Of a stretch of 64,000 nt of DNA, positions 50,939 to 61,218 are shown one piece after another. The stretch lies in the NCBI RefSeq assembly GCF_001194135.2, contig NC_068981.1, positions 167,094,254 through 167,158,253 of the forward strand, read 5' to 3'. Origin of the DNA: Octopus bimaculoides. Its lineage: Eukaryota. The position numbers and the translations under genes are program-made. The notes under the pieces were generated by a model. The model was not told the DNA's origin and made no database searches. It was given only the letters and a program-made list of their open reading frames with translations. The stretch's first letter is position 1, and each line of letters opens with the position of its first letter.

Positions 50939-53812
50939 GTGAAGTATATTTGCCACTTAAATGTGGTTAACCACTAAGGGTGGATGCTACTGTAGCTTGT
51001 AGCCCCATGAGGACACCTCCTCCAGCTGGCTATTGACACACTTTCTGTGCCCTATCAGTATTTGCAAAGGGAAGCAATCCTCTCCATCTTCGACCTGATG
51101 TGATATGCATGGACCCGTGTTTCTAGGTATTTACACGTCATCAGCGCACGACAATCACCGGTCTTCGATGCGAAGGGGTCCCAATGCAAATACACATATC
51201 CTTTTTCTAGTGATGAAAAGTCACTGATCTTGAAAAAGTGTAAACAAGCAATAATAAATCTCTGAATGAGGTATAAACAGTAATGAACCAACTGTATTCA
51301 AGTTGTGTTCAGAATTAATGGAAAAGCTGCAAGGTTTGCATTACTGGAGCAACTCTAAATTTATCTGTATGTCTAATTTAAATGTAATAACTTGTAAATA
51401 AAATGCTGCTCCTCTGACTAATATTGTTAAGTGGACATGTTTGTTTCTCTTCAAGCTGAATTATCATTTCATTTTTCATTTAAAGCTACATCGTTTTTTT
51501 CATGCTGATGCAGGTCTCATAGTTTCTTAATATCTGCCACTGTCTTTTGTCTTACACCCAATCACATTGCTTCGTCACCTGTCATACAGAGCAAAGAAAT
51601 ACCAACCAACTTGTGCATGTCTTACAGCAATGGTTCTCAACCAGGGTTTATATGGCCCCGATGGTTCATATAAGAGTTGTGGGGCCCACATAACAAAATA
51701 GTAAATTGGGGATCCACAATAGTATTTTAAGGGCCCCAAAGTACCCTTCAACGTTAGGCCTCATGGGGGAAGTGACAAGTGACTGAGACCTTTGGTGATA
51801 TACCATGCTTGAGAAGACCTGTCAAGCCAAATGAGATGGTAGTTGTGGCCAATGCCAGAGCTACATAAGTGACACCTGTGCTGGTGGCACATAAAAAGCA
51901 TCCACTACACTCTTGGAGTGGTTGGGATTAGGAAAGACATCCAGCCATAGAAACCGTGCCAAATCAGATTGGAACCTGGTGCAGCTCCCCAGCAGGGCCA
52001 GCTCAAGGTACCAGCAACTTGGGCAGTTGCCCAGGGTGCCATGTACTAGGGGACGTCAAGAAGGGCATGACAAAGACAAAAATTATACTTGTAAGGGCAC
52101 TGAAGTTCAGCTTGCCAGGGGCACCAGCAACCCTAGGGCTGGCCCTGCTCCCCAGCTTACCAGTTTTAAGTCAAACTGTTCAACCCATGCCAGCATGGAA
52201 AACGGACGTTAGATGATGATGATGATGATGATTATGGCTAGAATACCTTTCATCAAAGATCAGCTTCATCAGGGCTGACCTAGAGCTGAACAACAACAGA
52301 GACATGCAAAATACATTTCTAAATATTCAATAAAGAATGGACATTTGATATTTGGAAATAAAATGGGTAAAAAAAGAAAAAAAATGTTTTTAATCCGGTT
52401 TTATAAAAATGTATTCTTTGAGAACAATCCTATTATTTTCTTTCTCCACCATTTGTTGATGAAGATCATGTTTGATCAACAGAGTTACCTGCTCCTGAAT
52501 TAATATCTAAGCAGCTGAGCATTCCACAGACATGTATACCGTTAATATAATTCTTAGGCAGAATTAGTGTGGTATGATGTGTGACAAGGCTGTTCTCTTG
52601 AATTACACATACAATTCACCTGGAGGGCTTCTTTCCATTTAGCCAAATTCACACATAAGCTATGCGTTAACCCAAAGTTACAGAAAATGACATTTACCCA
52701 AAATGCTATGTATCAGGATTGAACCTGGGACTCTGTGGTTGTTGTGAAGCAAACTTCTTAATTATTCAGCTATACTGCACCTACAATCCTAGTTTAATGA
52801 TAAACTGAGGAACATAAAGAAAACTTGTTAATTTTTATATTTTTGATTTTAATAAAGAATAAGATTTGGTTTTCATTCTTTATTAAAAACTGCCACATCT
52901 CTTTTTGGATGTAATTTGTTATGATTGTCATAGTGTGCTAGAAAGCTTGCACAATAGTGATTTTTGACAGCCTTTTTCAGTGAAAAACCTACAAAATTTG
53001 GAGAAAGAGTTGTTGAAATAGCAGTGAAATCTCTCTCAAATCACAACTTACTTTCTTAATAAAGATGCAGTACACATTGGCTAATGTAACCCTAGATACA
53101 CAATGTCTAAAAAAAAAACAAAGGGATGACCATAGCAAGAATGCCTCTGATCATAAATCTGTTAGATCATGGCTGAGCTGCAGCTAAACAATAACAATGA
53201 GATACTCACCCTTTCATAATCCTTTAGGTGCATGTAACAGATCCCAACATTGTGTGCTATCTCCTGGTAAAATAAATATAATACATAAATATATATTTAT
53301 GTATATATGATGCTGAAATATCTAGTTAGATGGGTGATACACAAGTTATGCACATAATCAAACAGGTAATACAGAAAAAAGTAATACTCAATGACGAGTG
53401 TAGAAAGAAATAAAGCAAGCAGAATCTGTGTTAGATGTATAATGTTAGTGTGCATGAACAATGAAACACAACTGAGCTGAGAGAAAATCTTGATATAAGA
53501 GGTATCAGAGTAAGAGTGCCAGAGAGGTGTGCTGGTATGAACATGTGATGTAGAAGGAGGGAGAATGGCAGCTGTATAAAGCAGGATTCTCAAAGTGGAT
53601 GGAAGGTGTAGAAGAGGGAGACCTAGGAAGATATGGGACGAATTGGGGAAGACTGATCTTAAGGTGCTGATCTGCACAAAGGGGATGCCAAAGGACCACA
53701 GTGATTGGTAACATAAAACGTTAGATAAAATCTGTTCCCTGGTACAAACATGGTCAAACAAATATTGTAGTGGCAATGATGGATGCTGGGTTATATATAT
53801 GAATATATGTGG

Positions 53813-53855
<43 letters not shown>

Positions 53856-54184
53856 NNNNNNNNNNNNNNNNNNNNNNNNNNNNNNNNNNNNNNNNNNNNN
53901 NNNNNNNNNNNNNNNNNNNNNNNNNNNNNNNNNNNNNNNNNNNNNNNNNNNNNNNNNNNNNNNNNNNNNNNNNNNNNNNNNNNNNNNNNNNNNNNNNNNN
54001 NNNNNNNNNNNNNNNNNNNNNNNNNNNNNNNNNNNNNNNNNNNNNNNNNNNNNNNNNNNNNNNNNNNNNNNNNNNNNNNNNNNNNNNNNNNNNNNNNNNN
54101 NNNGCTTATCATCAGATCCCAAAACCTGTTGGCTTAAGGACTCTCTAGCGAGTGGCATCCTTTTGGGATTTATGCTTTACTAAC

Positions 54185-54259
<75 letters not shown>

Positions 54260-54533
54260 CAAAATAAGTAACCGGATGTCTAGTATTAGTGCAATAAGAC
54301 CATTTCAAGCAGCTCTATTTAATTGAACAATGCAAGCATGATAGCAATTTAAAATTATGTAATGCTTGCTTTGTTCAATCAGATGGAGCCACTTGAAAGG
54401 GTCGTATTGCACTAATACTTAACATCCTGTTACTTATTTTGATTGTATTCACCTTACTTTGGACTGTGTGGATAATACTGGACTGACGTGGTGCCTCAAC
54501 TTAAGTACCTAATTCAAATGAATCTTAATTATT

Positions 54534-54594
<61 letters not shown>

Positions 54595-57500
54595 TACACA
54601 TATGGGTATGGTTGTGTGTGTGTGTGTCTCACTACACTCCTGTTAAGCCTCTATTTGCTTCTCCCCAGCTTCTTTGGTACCTTCTCCCCTCTCATTCATC
54701 TCTGTTGCTCATCGATCCCTAATACTCATGCTTTCTACTACAATCACTCATCTCTCCTACTCCCTATAATGCCATCCATGTAACCAGAGATAGTATTGAA
54801 TCTAAGCAACTCTCTTAACTGTCTGACAATTATCTGTTCTCCTACTCACTGCACTATGCTGCCTGCATAGCATGGGACAATATTGGACTAATAACCTGTG
54901 TCTATTCTACCATCATTTTATTTACCATAACTTTCTCTTCCACCAAAATGCCTATGTGTGAAGGATAATACTGGATCACACTTTCTGTGTTACCAACAAT
55001 CAATTCCCCTCTCTGAGACTATTTGTCATTGGCATTAATCATTCTGCTTTAAGAGGAAAGCACTGTATCCATGGTCTTTGCAGGCCTGCTGAGAAGACTG
55101 AAACTAATGTAGTCACTGTTTCTCTTAAACAGTTGCAAGTTGATAGCTGCAGAATAAGAAGGAAACTTCTGAGGAGAGACATTTTGTGTAGGAAGGACTG
55201 CAGGAAAGGGAATCGTGTGACCTGGGGAGGCTGTAGACACAGTATGCAGTTATGAGAAGAGGAGAAGTGAATGGGGAACAATTTTTCTTTTCTATCTTGA
55301 TGCTTGTTTTATCATTAATCACTCTAAGACAACCTACTTGTAGAAATAAGACAGACTTATAGCCTTATGATATTCAGTTTTGATTTATTGTAATAAGAAG
55401 GGAAGTTATAAAATTGATTACCCAATCCTTTTCACTGTATTTTGCAGCTTCTTGGTAAACACCTATCGCAGCTTTGTGTCGCGCCAACAAGAATCTAAAA
55501 GTAAAATAGATATATGTCAGAATTATGTTTCATACTTTTATCAAGTCACTTGATCAAATTATGATGAAACCCCCAGGTATAGTGGCTTATTTCTAATTAA
55601 ATACTTCTTGTGCATGTATCTCACTAGGAAGAGGGTATTGCTAGTCTCTCTTCCTAATACAAAACTGAACTGCATCTCATCTAAGTTAATTCTTTTCCAG
55701 ATGAGTTTAATTGTATTATCATCATTTTACATTAGCTTTCTCAGCTTGCATAGGTAGGATGGTTCTCACAGTGTCTCTCCTTTATCATGCCACTAATACT
55801 AGAGAGATTGTCTTTAGCAGGATTAAACAATATTATCTATCCTGTAAGTTGTTGTTCACAGTTACTGTCCTCCTAGAGATATTGCAATGCATATATATCC
55901 ACACCCATCACCAGCTATTATATGAAAGGAACATAAGATACATGAGTATGATTTGAAGGCAATTTGGTTGCTATTTCAAACATGTCTTTGTTTAGTCAAT
56001 AAGCATTTTTCCCTATTACATAAATACAGGAAAACATTCCTTGAGAGTCTTTTTTAGCTGTGCATCTAGCATAAAGTAATATTAATAATGCAACATGAAA
56101 GCGGTGAGCTGACAGAATCATTTGCACGCCAGGAAAAATAAAATGCTTAGCAGCATTTCTTTCATCTGTACATTCTGAGTTCAAATTCTTCCAAGGTTAA
56201 CTTTGCCTTTCAATTTTTGGGGGTTGATAAAATAAGTACCAGTTGAACACTGAAGGAGATTTGTCCATAATGCAACAAAACTTTTTTAAAAGGCAAATCT
56301 ATATTGCTTAATTTAATCAGACTTGTATCATCCAAAATAGTTCCCTTCACAGCCCCTCTCAAATACAAAGGACATCCAAATAAAACTCTTTATTGATTGT
56401 TTGACTATATGGAAGAAACCCATGATGAAAAATGTTCTTCCACAAAAAAAAAAAAGACATTTTCTTTACATCTGAATGACTTTGATACTTTTTTGTCTGG
56501 CAGCATTATAGCTCAGTGGTTAGAACATCGGGTTCATGAGGTAGTGAGTTTGATTCCCAGACTGAGCTGTGTGTTGTGTTATTGAGCAAGACACTTTATT
56601 TCACGTTGCTCCTGTTCACTCAGCTGTAGAAATGAGTTGCGATGTCACTGATGCCAAGCTGTGTCGGCCGTCGCTTTTCCCTTGGATAACATCGGTGGCA
56701 TGGAGAGAGGAGAGGCAGGTATGCATGGGCGATTGCTCGTCTTTCATAAACAATCTTTCCTGGACTTGTGCCTCAGAGGGGAACTTTCTAGGTGCAATCC
56801 TATGGTTATTCATGATTGAAGGGGATCTTTACCTTTTACCCTAACAATGATCCAACTACTGTAATAACTGCCTTTTCTTTTTGTTTCAAAATTGTAACTA
56901 TACATCCATATCTTGTCATCTTGTCAGAAAATTTTTTATCAACATTCAAACAAATAAATCCTGACTGTTCATAATACTCTTCTCTTTCTGTTTGCATGTC
57001 AGCAGAGATGCAGCACAAACTTTGCAGCAACACAATGCATTTTCCTATTTCTTTTTTCAAGTTATGCGGCATAAATTTTTACAGATCCCTATTTCTGAAA
57101 CTTCATAGGAAGTCAGGCAATGATTTTTCCCAGATCAGAGCAAACACATTTACAATATGATCATTGCTCATTGTCATGAAATGTTCATATTTGGGATAAC
57201 TGTCTGTGGATACTGTGCATGTGTGTGTATCTATATCTACTGGCAACAATATATCTACACACATGCACACACACACACAAACACTTATTTATAAATAGAC
57301 ACACTTATTTATAAATACACAGACACACATACATATACATCATCATCATTTAACATACTTATATACACACACACATATAGATACATATAGATGTATACAT
57401 ACATAACACACACACATATAGATACATATAGATGTATACATACATAACACACACACATTACATACATACATAACACACACACAAATATACATACATATAT

Positions 57501-60500
57501 TTGTATGCACATAAATAAATGATTCATTCAAGAGTAGATTTGCATTTTTCTGACTATGTTCATATTTTAACATGCTTTGTACTAATATCTTACATCTTGT
57601 ACAAGAAAGCTGTCAACATTAAGTGAAGAGAATTGACTGCAGCTGAGAGTCAAAAGTGAGTTGATTTGATTTGGAATTATGTATGACTATTTGCTGTAAG
57701 AAAAAAAAGCTACACATAATTAGGTAGTATTACACTAATATTTCTAGTTCTTAATAAGAAAAGCTATGGATAAAAATACATATTTTTATGTAATTTTGTA
57801 AATCAGTATATTTGCCATATGATGTTATTAAATACAAAGAAACCTGTCTCTCTCATGTTACCAGAATAAATTATTGTTTTTGATTAAAAAACAAAGCCAT
57901 GACTATGAAAAGGAAAAAGCAGAAAATAGTAAGTGTGTTACAATGTTTGTACTTTACACATAACAGCTAAATAAAGAGGGAAAAAAAAAGTCTTTCAAGT
58001 GAGTCACTGAATGCTTATGGTGTTCTCAAGAGAATAGTTATAATAAAAGGTTTTTTCACATGGGCCCAAATTTACTTTCATAAATATTGGTTTCTGACAA
58101 GAGAACAAGGTGGCACACCTCAGATAGAAGAATGGGAATGGTTGATTATATTGACCTACTATTTGGTTGGTATTCATTTTACCATCTCATAAAGGATGAA
58201 AGGTGAAGTTGACCTCGGTTGAGTTCGAACTCAGAAGAACATAAAAGGATACAATTAAATACTGGAAGGCATTTGAGCCAGTGGTTTACCAATTCTGTTA
58301 ATCTATCATCCTTAATCTCATTAATTAATATTGGTTTTAAATTTTGGCACAAGGCCAGTAATTTCAGGGGAGAGGTTAAGTCAGTTACATCCACTTCAAG
58401 GTTCAACTGGTACTTATTTTGTTGACCCTTGAAAGGATGAAAGGCAAAGGTAACCTCAGGGAACTTTGAACTCAGGATTTAAAGACAGACAAAATGTGGC
58501 CGAGCATTTTGTCTAGCATGGTAACGATTCTGCCAGCTCACCACCTTATCTCATTATTTCATATTTCAAATTTAGGCACAAGGCCATCATGTTTATGGGA
58601 GGGGGTAAATTCATTACATCAACCCCAGTGTTCAGCTGGTACTTATTTTATTGACCCTGAAAGGATGAAAGGCAAAGTCTACCTCAGTGAAATTTGAACT
58701 CAGAATGTAAAGACAGATAAAATGCTGCAAAGTATTTTGTCCAGCATGGTAATGATTGGGCTAGCTCACCACCTTATTACTTAATATTAAGACATCTTTT
58801 CGTATCTTTATCCTTTATCTCTTACTTGTTTTAGCCTTTTGACTGTGGCCATGCTGGAGCATCACCTCAAGCAGTTTTAGTCAAGCAAATCAACACCAGT
58901 ACTTATTTTTTTAAAGTCTGGTACAGATTCTATTGGTCAAGTTTGCCAAATCACAGTTATGGGGATGTAAATAAACCAACTCCATTTGTCAAACAATTGG
59001 TGGGGAACAAATAGACACAAAAACACACACATATATATACAAGGAGCTTCCACACAGTTTCCATCGACCAAATTCACTCACAAGGCATTGGTCAGCCTAG
59101 AGTTATAGTAGAAGACATTTGCCCAAGGTACCACACAGTAGGACTGAACCCCCAAACTATAAGATTGCACCTATGTATGTCAATTAAGAACAAAAAATTC
59201 CATTTTCCTTTTGTGCAAATTGGAGAATACACCCAAATATCTGGATTCTAGGTGGTAGATTAAGGCACATGCTAAATATTTTAATGTGTCATATTTAGAA
59301 ATGTAATTCTGAAATACTCACAAAGATCTTGCCACTTGTTTTAAATTGTCCGGACAATGAGGGTTTAGAAAAACACAGTTTTGGAATAAATCTAGACTCT
59401 CTTGAATTTTTCCTTCTTGTCTGAGAATCAAAGCTAAAAATAATCATAAAAAGATTACATCAACATCATTGTCCCCACCACCACTACCACCTCCTCCACC
59501 ACCATCATCACCATTATCATCATCAATTTTACATTCATGCTGGCATGTGTTAACCAGGTTGTTACAATCTGAGTCAGTTCTTATTTGGAGTTATTGCTCT
59601 CTTTGATGGGTAGAAGGACATCTTGCTAAAAATATTCCACTTTTTGGCATGGTTTCTTTGGCTGGATGCTCTTCCTATTAGCAATTTTGTTATAATGTGT
59701 ACTAAGCAGATTTTAAGATGGTATCAACATTAGAGTGGTTGACATGCTTGTTTATATTTTATTTACAAGGTGTACTGGCTACAATGGCCCAGTGGTTAGG
59801 GCAGCGGACTCGCGGTCGTAGGATCGCGGTTTCGATTCCCAGATCGGGTGTTGTGAGTGTTTATTGAGCGAAAACACCTAAAGTTCCACAAGGCTCCGGC
59901 AGGGAATGGTGGCGAACCCTGCTGTACTCTTTCAACATAACTTTCTCTCACGCTTACTTCCTGTTTCTGTTGTGCCTGTAATTCAAAGGGTCAGCCTTGT
60001 CACACTGTGTCACGCTGAATATCCCCGAGAACTACGTTAAGGGTACACGTGTCTGTGGAGTGCTCAGCCACTTGCACATTAATTTCACGAACAGGCTGTT
60101 TTGCTGATCGGATCAACTGGAACCCTCATCGTCATAACTGACGGAGTGCCAACCACCACTGGCTACAATATATCATGGCAACAGTATTATTGAATTTGTC
60201 TTGCTTGAGCCTTGCAAGATGAAAGAGTCATTACTCCTCTTTGACATGATTAAGAGGGGTGAATGGAAGAGAGTGGAGACTGAGAGTATGATGGGGAGGG
60301 AACAGTGGAGTGAGAGAGTATTACAGGAATCAGAAGTGGAAGAAGTACAATGTTGGAATGGGAGTGTGATGTGAACAACAGTGATAGTACAATGGATAGA
60401 AGGAGTCGAGTGGAGAGGATGAGAAGGGGAGAGGTGAGTGGGAAAAAGTAAATGACAGGAAGTGATAAAAGATGAGAGGGTATCAAAGAGTCAGAATACA

Positions 60501-61006
60501 AAGAGCACAATGAGGTTCAATACAAGGAGGAACGACAGGCACAAACACTGATATATATATATAGTTAAAAGAAGAAAATAAAATGGTGGTAAGGAAGTTA
60601 ACAATTGTTTATTATTAACAAATTGGTCATCTTTGCTTCTTACAGCCGTTTCAATTAATACTCAATAATTTAATTACAAGTTTGTATATTAAATTTGCGT
60701 TTATATGACATGAGCAGAATTTCATCAGAGGAAAAAAGATGTACCTTGGGATGTTATATTTGAACCTATCAATTCATTTCAGCAGACTAAATATTACGGT
60801 TTATGACTTGTATTATCATATGCTAGGTTGAAGGGTTCACAGATTGATTAGAATATGATTAGGGATAAAGTAAATAAAACTAGAACAATAAATAAAGTAA
60901 AAATAGAGATGATTGAGGAAATATAAATATAAATAAGGTAAGTTTATAGTTATTAAAAAGAATAAAATATTCATTTATAAGGTATAAATAAAATTATACA
61001 AATTTA

Positions 61007-61046
<40 letters not shown>

Positions 61047-61148
61047 TTATATATTATACTCGTTTATTGTGCTTTTAATTATTAATTTTTCTATATGTGA
61101 TAGTGGATTTTCATCGACGAGTTCTTGAAAATTGGTTATTTTCCCTAA

Positions 61149-61218
<70 letters not shown>

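Noticed and set aside
3427-54183. Long ORFs in the track spanning N-gaps or (TA)n/(CA)n runs
   Set aside because: Artefacts of X-runs and microsatellites ([12 protein letters not shown]).
56836-57072. 78-aa minus-strand ORF as a BBS4 or nested-gene exon
   Set aside because: No BBS4 similarity, and the BBS4 frame is complete without it; probably decayed LINE sequence.
59786-59850. tRNA gene calls for SINE heads (also 38117, 56500, 16010, 3040-3100)
   Set aside because: No complete cloverleaf or acceptor stem; each continues into a SINE body, and one has a TSD.
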